A stretch of DNA of 63,964 nt, filler included, from Cladosporium halotolerans (GCF_011745625.1; 13 parts of 13 records of this genome joined end to end with filler, not necessarily neighbours in it), one strand, 5' to 3'; counted from the first letter of the whole stretch, positions 25,170 through 35,961 are shown. Numbers and translations: made by a program. The notes: a model not told the origin generated them from the sequence alone.

Positions 25170-25662
25170 GCCGCCGCTTTAGACCACCATATCATCGTCG
25201 TAATAGAAGATTTGAGTGTATCGACCAATCGGCGTATATCTCTAGGCTATCTTCTATCATGGTTTAGGGTCCCAGCCACGCGTAATAAATCTATCCAACT
25301 TCGTGAATACGCCGTGGAGCACGTCTAAGTATTTTCTGGGGGACTCGAATCTAGGCTCCGATAGGCGCCTATTTAGTGGATCCTATCGGCGTAGTATACC
25401 CTCTACTTGGTTATAGCTATCATTTACCACCGTCTACCTATCGCTACACTTCCTTTATCGTTCTAGTCGGATTATAGTATAAAGAAGCAAGTATATCGGG
25501 GTACCCTAGGTACTACTACATAGACCTAGGAGGGTTGTGGTATATATTAGCCTTGCAATATAAATACCCGCGTGTTATCCCATATCCTTAGGCAATATTG
25601 GTCGAGTATAAGCTATCGATACTACCTCTTTACGATTCGAATAGCACTTAGACTACGTAGAC
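25170..25662. repeat. RIP-degraded repeat remnant
   Basis: Abruptly AT-richer, with many TA/CTAG/TATA, few CA/TG and no ORF. Confidence 0.6.
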
Positions 25663-25761
25663 CAGGGTGTTCATCAGACAGACACAGACAGACTGTCTGT
25701 CTGTCTGATCACGTAATCAGACAAACAGACATCGGCAAAGTCATTATATAAGCAGACCAGA
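25663..25761. mobile_element. hAT-like element terminus (CAGGGTGTTCATCAGACAGAC)
   Basis: Close match to the 13794 terminus CAGGGTGATCATCAAACAAAC; AGAC/GTCT subterminal repeats; runs off the contig. Confidence 0.78.
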
Positions 25762-25943
25762 NNNNNNNNNNNNNNNNNNNNNNNNNNNNNNNNNNNNNNN
25801 NNNNNTTAATTAATTAANNNNNNNNNNNNNNNNNNNNNNNNNNNNNNNNNNNNNNNNNNNNAAAGTCGATGTAAGCGGAAGTTCTGTAACCTTTTACGGT
25901 TAGCGCCGCCTTAGGGTTAGTAGGAGATCAGTGTTCTCCTCCG

Positions 25944-27848
25944 TTGCCTTTTGGCGAGGACTATTCAAAGGATCCTACGGAGATTATCGTTAAGCAGCAA
26001 GCGCAAGTGAAGCAAGACCTGCCTTTTGCTAATCAACAAGATTTTGTCAATGCGGAGAGAGGCTTGAGAGGTCGTATCCATCCAAACACTATCTATAACG
26101 AGAAAGGTGTGGCTGTCTGGAGCAATGACTCGTATGATTTCTTACAACATGAGTCGCCAGACTCAGTCAATCCAAGCCTTTGGCGCCAATCAAGACTTGT
26201 CCACTTAGACGGCCTATTCGAAGTGACTCCGCACATATACCAAGTTCGTGGCCTTGACCTTTCGAACACTACGCTGATAGAAGGGAAAGAAGGGTTGATC
26301 GTTATCGACCCACTGACTTCGAAGGAGACCGGCAGTGCGGCGCTAGCACTATACCAGAAGCATCGTGGCTCGCATAGGCCAGTGAAAGCCGTCATCTACA
26401 CGCATTCTCATGCCGACCACTTTGGTGGGGTGAAAGGGTTTGTCCAAGAGGAAGACATTAAACCCAACAATATCAAGATCATAGCACCAGAAGGCTTTCT
26501 GGAGCATGCGGTGTCCGAAAATGTCTTCACGGGAACAGCTATGAGCCGTCGCGCTGCTTACATGTACGGCGCAGCTCTTCAACAGAACGCGAGGGCGCAA
26601 GTCGGCGCTGGTCTCGGACAAACAGTTTCTACCGGAGAGGTCACCTTGATTGCGCCAAATGACATCGTCAAAGCGACTGGAGAGAAAAGATCCATCGATG
26701 GTGTCGAAATGGTGTTTCAGATGGCGCCAAATACTGAGGCTCCCGCGGAGATGCTCATCTATTTTCCGCAACACCAAGCATTGTGTGCAGCCGAAGATGC
26801 GACACACACCTTCCACAATGTCTTGACACTCCGCGGAGCAGTGGTGCGAGATCCTCACGCATGGGCCATGGCACTTACCGAAACCATCGACATGTTTGGT
26901 AGCGATGTCAAGGTTGTCTTCGCATCTCATCATTGGCCAACGTGGGGGAACGATGAAGTCGGGAAATTTCTCACTGTCCAACGCGATTTGTACGCATATG
27001 TACATGATCAAACCCTGCGCCTTATCAACCAAGGCTATAATGGCCCCGAGATCGCGGAAATGATGACACTGCCGCCATCGCTCGATCAGTCCTGGAGTGC
27101 TCGTGGATATTATGGCTCCTTGAATCACAACATCAAAGCTGTTTACCAACGCTACAGCGGATGGTTCGATGGCAACCCCGCGCATCTTTGGGAGCACGTT
27201 CCCGTGGCAAGAGCGCAGCGGTATGCGGAGCTCGCGGGCGGTATTCAAAATCTAATTGTCAAGGGACGCCAGGCATTCGACGCTGGGGATTTCCGCTGGG
27301 CAGCCGAACTCCTGAATCATGCTGTCTTTGCTGATTCTACAAACACATTGGCCAGAAGCACCCTTGCTGACACCTACGAGCAACTTGGTTACGGCTCGGA
27401 AAACGGAACTTGGAGGAATTTCTTCATCTCGGGATGTACGGAGCTTCGCCACGGCAACTTTGGCACTCCAACCCAGTCGGCGTCGGCCGATGTCATCGGA
27501 CAACTCACCCCTGAGATGCTTCTCGACTCGATTGCCATTCAGATCAATGGCCTTGAAGCCGCACAGAGATCGTTGTGCATCAACATGGTGGTCACAGATA
27601 TGAGCCTGACCTATCATCTCTGGCTTTCGAATGGTGCGCTCATCTATAGCACGGCGCCAAGGGAGACCAGCGCACCTCTTACCCTTACTGGAACTTCAAG
27701 ACAACTCACAGCTATCGCAATCTATGGACCAAATGCTGCTGCTCTTTCAAAGGCAGGCATCACCGTCGAGGGAGATCAGAGCCAGCTAGATACCCTCGCC
27801 AGCTTGCTTGACCCGGGCGACCCTAGCTTCAACATCGTGACTCCGTGA
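25944..27848 (+). CDS. Alkyl/aryl sulfatase (SdsA1/BDS1-like metallo-beta-lactamase fold); true start uncertain
   Basis: VNPSLWRQ, IYQVRGLDLSN, YTHSHADHFGG, PNTEAPAEM, HNVLTLRGA, SHHWPTWG, RGYYGS, GWFDGNPAHL; intronless; the called ORF starts at TTG. Confidence 0.95.
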   Translation: MPFGEDYSKDPTEIIVKQQAQVKQDLPFANQQDFVNAERGLRGRIHPNTIYNEKGVAVWSNDSYDFLQHESPDSVNPSLWRQSRLVHLDGLFEVTPHIYQVRGLDLSNTTLIEGKEGLIVIDPLTSKETGSAALALYQKHRGSHRPVKAVIYTHSHADHFGGVKGFVQEEDIKPNNIKIIAPEGFLEHAVSENVFTGTAMSRRAAYMYGAALQQNARAQVGAGLGQTVSTGEVTLIAPNDIVKATGEKRSIDGVEMVFQMAPNTEAPAEMLIYFPQHQALCAAEDATHTFHNVLTLRGAVVRDPHAWAMALTETIDMFGSDVKVVFASHHWPTWGNDEVGKFLTVQRDLYAYVHDQTLRLINQGYNGPEIAEMMTLPPSLDQSWSARGYYGSLNHNIKAVYQRYSGWFDGNPAHLWEHVPVARAQRYAELAGGIQNLIVKGRQAFDAGDFRWAAELLNHAVFADSTNTLARSTLADTYEQLGYGSENGTWRNFFISGCTELRHGNFGTPTQSASADVIGQLTPEMLLDSIAIQINGLEAAQRSLCINMVVTDMSLTYHLWLSNGALIYSTAPRETSAPLTLTGTSRQLTAIAIYGPNAAALSKAGITVEGDQSQLDTLASLLDPGDPSFNIVTP

Positions 27849-28309
27849 ATAAGATAACTGACTGATATGGTGTTCGGTGCTATGAGAATATAATGTCGTG
27901 GAGTTTTGGCTTTTTCGTATGGCTAATGGACTTGAAAAGACAAGCACATAGTGTTATTGAAGAGAAAGGTCTCACATTCATGTGTTGTTTGGTATTCCTT
28001 AGGTTTAGTGTTTCTTGTCTTACGATACCGCGTTTCTCGAGGGATAGGTGGCCGGAATATGTCTCAAGGTCTGAGACAGCAGCTCAGTTAAATAATGGAA
28101 ACGCCCTTCCCCCACCAGCTATGCTTTGTAGCCTACTAAGGAAGAGCTTTTCAGGTGCTACATCTTACTAGTTCGACCAGTTGTGCTAGAATTTCCATGA
28201 ATGTTCTTCGAAGCTTTGATCTGTTTTCGCCATGTCCAACAAACGAAATGAAAGGGGCACTTTCATTTCTGATTACTGCTCTATTGCAATGCGTGATGAA
28301 TACGACGTA

Positions 28310-29953
28310 TCAGACCCTTTCGCGGACGCGGCAGTATAACGGTCCTTTATCCCACATGAGAAATACTTTCTGTTTGTTCCAAACCCTACTCTCCTCGCAA
28401 AGCTCAAGATCAAAATTGTAGAAGAGCTTTGCGAGTATGAGTCTGATCTCATGGTAGGCCATGCTAGTGTAGCATCAGCGTCATCCATCGACAATATCTT
28501 CCTGTAGCTGAAGGAGACTCACTTCTTTCCCAGACACATCCGTGGTCCAAACGAAAACGGCTGGAAGCCCTGCTTGTTGTCCGAAGCGTACTCGTCGTTG
28601 CCTGCGATCCATCGTTCGGGTACGAACGAGTCTGGGCTTTTGAAGCTCTTGGGATTCATATGAGAACCTAGAGTTGTCACGAACACTCGCGTCTATTTGA
28701 ATCAGCTCGGCAGCTCGGTCGCGCATGGGGACTCAACTTGCTCCTTCCGGTACTGGCTCGCCAGATATCATTGCACCGCCGATTGGGACCAGTCGAGGTA
28801 GCCCATTGGAGATGGGAGGGTACATCCGTAGGCCTTCTTCGATGCATGCATGTAAGTATTTCAGGGTTTGAAGACGCTCGATTGTGAAATCGTTCTCAGT
28901 AGCGAACGCCCCGCGGAGCTCTGCCGTCAGCCTTTCCATGATCGTTGCATCGGACAGCAGATAGTATGTGAGGCCACTCAGTAGAGTAGCAGTGGTCTCA
29001 GTGCCGGCGATCATGAAGAGATTAGAGTGTGCGTACATTTGCGCCCGGGTCAATGTGTCGTCTTCGCTCCCGGCTCGCAGCACCAAGCCCCAGATGTCAG
29101 GCCTGGCGTCCTTTTTCTCCAGCCTGCGATCGACGCGGTCATGCGCGAAGGAATGGTGCAGCTCTTGCTTGTCTTTGTTTGATTGAGGTATGTAGCGTAG
29201 CAGAAGGCTCTCAAGGGCGGGAAAGTACCGTATGCAGTGAAGATAAGTTCCGAAACGGAAGTTGGCGAGGATGGCCGCCACCCACGGATGGTACCCGGAT
29301 TCATCTAACATGTTGAGAGGCTCCCCAAAAGTAAGATCGCCCATGATGTCGAAGGTTGTGAAGTTGAACATGCTGACCATGTCAAAGCAATGGGATGGGT
29401 CAACGGCTGCACTTTCGCGTAAAATAGTGACCAGCTTGTCGACGTATGTGATGAAGAGAGGTTCTTGTTTCTTAAGTCCCCGGTCGGAGAAGGCGTTGGC
29501 AAAGATCCGCCTGATAACGCCATGATCGGCATCACTTGCGTTGACAATGTCGACAGTATCTTGTTTTGATGGATCTCGATAAAACCGCGGATCTTTCGCG
29601 AATGCTTTCTGTCCAGCAGCGCGGTGGCCATAGATGTCCTTCCAGGCGTCGGCCGAGCTGAAACTGAGCTCTTCTGGACTCACACGCACGATTTCGCCGT
29701 ACTGTCTGTGGAGCTCTACCACCCACTGCACCGCATTGCCCTTGAGAGATTGTCTGATCAACGGTATTGTGCTCGCAGCGCAGAGCCTTGGGCCCGGATG
29801 ATGCCTCAGAGGATGGAAGTGGATGTTGTAGATATACACAAGGACCTGGAGGATCAAAGGCTTCAACACGCATTGTTAGCAAGACCAAGGTATTGGAGCG
29901 GTGGCAGTTGGAATTACCACGACGACGATTAAGGCGAGGACAGGAAATGCCAT
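28310..29953 (-). CDS. Cytochrome P450, CYP65/Tri11-like, 4 exons
   Basis: PGP hinge, I-helix IAGTETTA, EEGLRMYPP. After a GC-AG intron (28741-28693) come FVPERW and heme motif FSFGPRMCLG; last exon MAYHEIRLILAK..RERV*. Confidence 0.92.
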
Positions 29954-30422
29954 GGCGATTCCTTCAGATCTATGAGAACGAAAGGGTATGTGTTCAGTTT
30001 TGCACAGAATCCGGAGTTTGATTGTAACCGCAGAAGAACGGAAAATGACTAGTTTATAAAGTCCTCTTGATAAAGCAGACCGCTTGTCTGCGCGACTCGT
30101 CGCCATCAGTCTGCCACGTATATGTCTCTCCACTCGCGTCACTGCGGCAAACAGCCAACCGAGACACGACTCCATGCATCGAGCATCTTGTTCTGTGCGT
30201 AGGGGTCGTACAGTGGGAGGGCTGGGTTTTAGGCATGAGCAAGGCTAGTCGCAAGGGTGGGGCGCCGAGCCGAACGAGCAAAGCGAGGTACCCGACAGGA
30301 ACGAGCTTCCACCAGCAAACGAGCTAAACGAGCACAACTGGCTGCCCTCGATATGATCAGGGTGGGGCGCCTAGTACAAGGCGCAATTTTAACGATTTGA
30401 TGTACACAAAAAGCCGATGATA

Positions 30423-30724
30423 CTACTGCATATGTTGAGGATGATCGTTGACAATCTGAATAGGCCACGCAAGTGCTTCTTCCCATGCTTTCCCCAGACG
30501 CGCGGTTATGTCGCGGACGAGCAGTTGCGGCCAGCGATGCAACCACCACAGATTAGGTCTGAGGCTGGCGACTGCAGCAAAGTATGCGAGGACCAGCAAG
30601 GCGACTGGAGATTTTGTAGCAAGCAGCTGCCAGAATTGGGGCGCGAGCTTGGTCGGCCAGGCATTGATCAGGTGGTATGTGAAGTGGTCCTGAGGTCGCC
30701 ACATCAGAATTTGCGCGGTCTGGA
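30423..30724 (-). pseudogene. 3' end of a fungal Zn2Cys6 (Upc2-like) transcription factor, separated from its 5' part by a TE end
   Basis: WPTKLAPQFWQLL..PVALLVLAYFAA..WWLHRWP..W..ALAWP matches the typical C-terminus of this family. Confidence 0.7.
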
Positions 30725-30822
30725 CAGTGATGTTGTTGGGTCGGTTCTTATTGGTGCGGTGCTGGTTTGGTTGGTGCTGGCTGGTGCTGGTTCGACTTGA
30801 TCTGTAAGTGGTTGGTAGTGGT
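30725..30822. mobile_element. Probable hAT terminus (CAGTGATG) with TGGT subterminal repeats
   Basis: Same style as the terminus at 45599; interrupts a gene and ends the contig. Confidence 0.5.
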
Positions 30823-30922
30823 NNNNNNNNNNNNNNNNNNNNNNNNNNNNNNNNNNNNNNNNNNNNTTAATTAATTAANNNNNNNNNNNNNNNNNNNNNN
30901 NNNNNNNNNNNNNNNNNNNNNN

Positions 30923-30954
30923 ACCCTAATATTAACCCTAATATTAACCCTAAT
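30923..30954. repeat. Telomere-like terminal repeat, 12-bp unit TATTAACCCTAA (~2.7 copies)
   Basis: CCCTAA cores at the contig start, on the C-rich strand as expected for a left chromosome end. Confidence 0.65.
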
Positions 30955-31584
30955 CAACATCCACATCTCACTCATCAACAAAAACAACCACCTTTTCATC
31001 AACACCCACTAAAACACACCCCTATTCACACACAACATCCTTATCATACAAACCATCCCTTTCAACACACAACCCCCCTATCTTCACCCCAATCTCCAAT
31101 CAACCCTAACCCTCTCCACCTCCAATCCTACTACCATTCTAACCAACTCCCCTTATCCTTCCTCCTATCCCCCCCACCTCATATACAACCCAAAACCTTC
31201 CCTCCCACTCTTCTCATCACCTATCTTCACCAACCTTACCACTACAACTTCCTCTACTCTCTCTCCCCCCTTCTTCCCTCCATCTATCCCTCCCTCCCTC
31301 CATCTCATCCTCCCCATCTAACTCCTTACTCTCTCAAAACATACCTTCTACACACCTCAATCCTTCATCCCCAACAACCTCACCTCCTTCCACCACAACA
31401 ACCCCATCTTCCCCCCTCCACACCCCTACTCCCTTCAAACACTCATCCTCAAACCCTCTCCATCCAATTCACCCTCCTCCCCTCCTCCCCTCTATCCCTT
31501 CATCTCCCTTCCTTACCAACCCTACACTCACTCCTTTAAATCTATCCACTAAACAACCCTTCTTACTTCAAACACACACTCCCA

Positions 31585-31832
31585 CCCATAACTTATTCCA
31601 ACTTCACTTCTCTCAATCCCTCCCTCCCATAACTTATTCCAACTTCACTCCTCTCAATCACTCCCTCCCATAACTTATTCCAACTTCACTTCTCTCAATC
31701 NNNNNNNNNNNNNNNNNNNNNNNNNNNNNNNNNNNNNNNNNNNNNNNNNNNNNNNNNNNNNNNNNNNNNNNNNCTCTCAATCACTCCCTCCCATAACTTA
31801 TTCCAACTTCACTTCTCTCAATCCCTCCCTCC
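31585..31832. repeat. 41-bp minisatellite, collapsed around an internal N gap
   Basis: CCCATAACTTATTCCAACTTCACTTCTCTCAATCCCTCCCT units at 31585, 31626, 31667 and after the gap 31701-31773. Confidence 0.9.
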
Positions 31833-34318
31833 CTTATATCCATTCTTCCCAACCAATCTTCTAAACCAACTCCCCAACTTCTTCTACATCCACTCTACAC
31901 ACCATACATCCCTCCCTCTTCTTAATCACTTTCTATCCCCTATAACACTCAACTCTTCCTTTTCCACCAAACCCTTCTCATCTTCTCTACTTCACCCCAT
32001 CCATCAATCCAATTCTTTCCATCCCTGCTCCCTTTTCCCCTCACTCAAACACATCCTCCAAACCATACCCTTCAATCCAATCCCCAACCTCTCTACACCC
32101 TCATCCTCACCCTCCTCTTCACCCTCATCCTCACCCTCATCCTCACCCTCACCCTCCTCCTCACCCTCACCCACTATTTCCACTTCACCCACCATACATC
32201 TCCTTTCTTTCTCCTCCTCCTCTCCCTCTTCATTCTCTTCTACCCTTTCACTCCCTCTCTATTCTTTTCTATTTCCATCTATCATCTACCATACTATTCA
32301 CCCTACCATTCTAATCCATTATACCCTCCCTTTTCTTTCTCCTACAATTTTCCCTTTACCTTAACCATCTCATTCTTTTATTACAACTTACAACCATATT
32401 ACATCTTCCCTTTTCCTCTTCCTGTTCCCATTTATTTTTACATTTATTTTTATATTCCCTTCCTGTTCCTCTTCCTGTTCTTCTGAACATCTCCCCTCCT
32501 CCTTTCTTGTCATGCTTACATTCATCTTCATATTTATCTTCATCTTCACTTCCCCACCTCGCCTACTTGTCCAAATCCATCTTCATTTTCATCTTCACCT
32601 TCCCCTATTTCCTTTGCCCCTTTCTTCTTCTTCTCTTTTGTTGTTGTTGTCTTCCTTCTCTCCCTCTTCCTTCCTATTTCATCCCTACTCACCACTCTTC
32701 TCCTTCTACCCTTCTCCTTTTCATCTCCTGTCTATCACTGCTTTCTTTTCTTCTCCTTTTTTTATTTTATTTCTATTTTATATACCTGTCCATGTCCATA
32801 TCCCTGTGCCCTGTGCATCTGTCCTTGCTTCCTTGTTCGTTTCTCTTTGCCTGTTCCTTGACTCCTCTCATCTCTCTGTTGAATTTTGCTCCTCCTTGAC
32901 TGCCTTGTGCCTTCTTTGTGTTCCCCTTCATCTTCCTGCTTGCCTTTCCGTCTACCCATGTGTCTGCTTGCCCTGTTCCAACTGCCCTGCCGCTTGCTTC
33001 TCCTGCTCTCCTTTTCTTTTTCTTTTTCTCTTTCTCTTTTTTTTTGTGCTGCCTCATCCTCTATCTACATTGTGATCACGGTTTTCTGTCGTCTTTCCCA
33101 TTGACACCCTGTCCCCACACTGACGTGTTCACACTCACCTGACTCACTTGCTCGCTTACCACTGCGCTTTCTGCGTTGCTGATTCCCTCGCCCACCCACG
33201 AATTTGTTGCATTTACCTTGTGACTTTGCACAAACCTTCGCCCGACCCGGAAACTCTGACTTTCCTCCACTACATTTTGACATCGTTTTCGATCATATTT
33301 ATGCTTACCACTTCCCTACCTGCCGCCCCAACCTTCCTGCCCTGTCCCTTCGACCCGGTCGTCCGGCACCGCCGTTGCACTAACGCACCCGCATCCTACG
33401 CTTGTATTCACCACCTGTCCGCGCCGCTCCCCAACCGCCCCCGCTAACGGCTGTCTGCTTCCACCTTACGGATCACATCTCCCTTGCTATCTGATTCGCC
33501 TCTTTGTGTGCTTGCTTGAAACCTAAATGCCATCACCTCGTTCGTCCAACCGGAAACTCTATCAACCCTAACCCTACACTGACATCCTCGATCTCGCCTT
33601 ACTCATGCATTCACTTACTGCTACTCTTTCTTGATTGCTGACATTGCCCATGCTTCCTCTTGCTACTCTCTCCTGTTCCGAAAATCTGCCCACGACCTAC
33701 TTCTTGTTCCTTGCACATGCCCTTTGAACGCTGCCCATTCTCGTCTTGCTGACTCATCCCCACGTTCACGCCCTGCTGACATAATACACCTTTTCATCAC
33801 ACGGATCGTATCTTCGGAACCTGTCACGGAAACCCCTGCTCCTGTCGTTGATTAAATCTCCTCTGTGCAATAAATGAACGCCCGTCCCACTTGACAACCC
33901 ACACCCTCGTCGCCTTCCATCGACGATCCCAAAAATTCCACCATGTTTCCCTTCCACTGCGCCTCTCCTCTTGCTTTGTCGAACCATCTCTTCCGCTCCC
34001 CCTGCCATGCGTGTTTGACCTCGTATGCGATACTTAAACGAACATCCCTAAACGAACTTTGCATCTATGCCTCATACTTCCTCAAATCCTTGTCCCGGTC
34101 CCTAAACTCTACCTCCGCTTTCCTCAAATGTCTGTTTCCCGGTCGTTATCGTGCGTACTGTCTCACACCCTTGTACCTTGCTGCCACAAATTTCTACGCC
34201 CTCACTCTTCGACCCGCCAACTCGCCACTGCCGTTATGCTATTGCGTGCGCATCCCACGCTTGAACTCACTACTTGTCCACCCCACTCCTCGACCGCTAC
34301 GCTAACGGCTGTCCGCAT

Positions 34319-34413
34319 CTAACCTTCTAACCTTCTAACCTTCTAACCTTCTACCCTTCTACCCTTCTACCCTTCTACCCTTCTACCCTTCTACCCTTCT
34401 ACCCTTCTACCTT
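34319..34413. repeat. 8-bp tandem array (CTAACCTT)4(CTACCCTT)7
   Basis: Read directly from the sequence; resembles a degenerate telomeric repeat. Confidence 0.9.
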
Positions 34414-35077
34414 ATGTTGTCGGACATCCTGGACCCTCATGACTCGTGCGTTCGGACGGCTATCTTCGTCCAACACTCACCCTGTTGCATCTGAACATAT
34501 TCCCTCCATCCCTTTACTTCTATCATGTCACTTCGTGCCGTCTTATGCCTCCGTGGGGTACCCCGCCTACATACTTAATCGTCCCCAACTTGACTCTCTG
34601 TCGACCCTCACCCGATCGCTTTTAAATGCTTTCATCCTCATCCCCCTTGCCCGTCGTGCCACTTCGTACCGTCCTATGCCTTCGTGGGGCACTCCACTCG
34701 CGAAACCATCCAAACCTCCGACGCCTGTCGGCACAAAACTGCTTAACATTGGTACTGATCCTTTTTCTTGTCTGTCTCGGCCTTCTCCTCGGTAAACGTG
34801 CCTTTTTCGATGCGCCCATCGATTCACCGGACTGCCCGCAACCTTGGCATTCTTCTACGCTCACTGAACACCGATCGCTCGCCTCAACGCTGCCCGCCCT
34901 TCGGCACCCCTGTATGTGCTTGTGACGGAATATCTCGGCATCGTTTCTGCCTTTCATTCCATCTGTGTGCGCCCCACGCTCACCGCTCGCCCTCTGAAAC
35001 TTGACGTATTCACTGACACTTATACGGGGACTCTCCGTCCTGATCGCCGTGACCGGTGACATTCTCTGGTCTCCGTG

Positions 35078-35791
35078 CTATGCTAGTAATGTTACATGTG
35101 CGGCACTCGATCGGCCCGCCTGGTCTACGCCTCCTCTTGCCGCTGTAAACAACTCCCTCCGCCTTTGCGCCTCCCTGCTCTGGCTCAACTTCCTCAAATG
35201 TGTATGATACGCTTCTTTCAAGACATCCACCTTGATCTCCGTGATGTCCCACATCCCCAACCATCCAAACGTCCGCCAGACGCGCCCCGCCTCGGTGAAC
35301 CCATACCGCTCTCCCTCGCACCTACGCTCCCTCCATGACCCTCCGCGTTCGCGTCCCTCCCGCGCCTCCCACTCATTCACATACCACGTCCGCGTTCCCA
35401 ATATCGCCGCGACGCTCTCTGCTACCACACCTCCTAATCGACACGCATCCTTGCTGGACTCAACCCAACACTCAATTTTGCCACGCCCACACTGACCACA
35501 CCACCCGTTGAACCCCTTGCAATCTTTACGTGTCCACAATCCCGAATTGTTCACCACACCAACGTACGCTCTGCGTACGGATTCGACGTCTGGGGGATAT
35601 TTCGTACACTCCCTCCAGTCGTGCTCCGCCCAGATACCATCGTGTATACGGCATATCGAACACGCTTCCACCCACGACTCCGCCTGCATATTCCATCTGT
35701 CTGATGGCTCGTCCCACTCGTCCAAAATTCTTTGTTTGTGGCATAGTAGAACATCGAAGATGACATCTTCGTTCTCCTTCGGCCTTGAATC
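35078..35791 (-). CDS. C-terminal Cys-rich part of a telomere-linked RecQ-helicase-like protein (5'-truncated)
   Basis: W..CSIC...H...C...WCGQCG...C...C..GGVV..VAAI resembles the tail of fungal telomere-linked helicases and points toward the CCCTAA end. The helicase core is not in the contig. Confidence 0.55.
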   Translation of the reverse strand, partial: DSRPKENEDVIFDVLLCHKQRILDEWDEPSDRWNMQAESWVEACSICRIHDGIWAEHDWRECTKYPPDVESVRRAYVGVVNNSGLWTRKDCKGFNGWCGQCGRGKIECWVESSKDACRLGGVVAESVAAILGTRTWYVNEWEAREGRERGGSWRERRCEGERYGFTEAGRVWRTFGWLGMWDITEIKVDVLKEAYHTHLRKLSQSREAQRRRELFTAARGGVDQAGRSSAAHVTLLA

Positions 35792-35961
35792 NNNNNNNNN
35801 NNNNNNNNNNNNNNNNNNNNNNNNNNNNNNNNNNNTTAATTAATTAANNNNNNNNNNNNNNNNNNNNNNNNNNNNNNNNNNNNNNNNNNNNAAGCGGGAG
35901 GCAATCACCCAAGCTGAACAAGCACATCAGAGACGCGAACAAAGCGGTAGCAACGCGATAC

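Larger units (their letters stand above)
30923..32423. other. G-free subtelomeric tract
   Basis: Only one G (32027) seen among ~1430 called + strand bases; C remains abundant. Confidence 0.92.
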
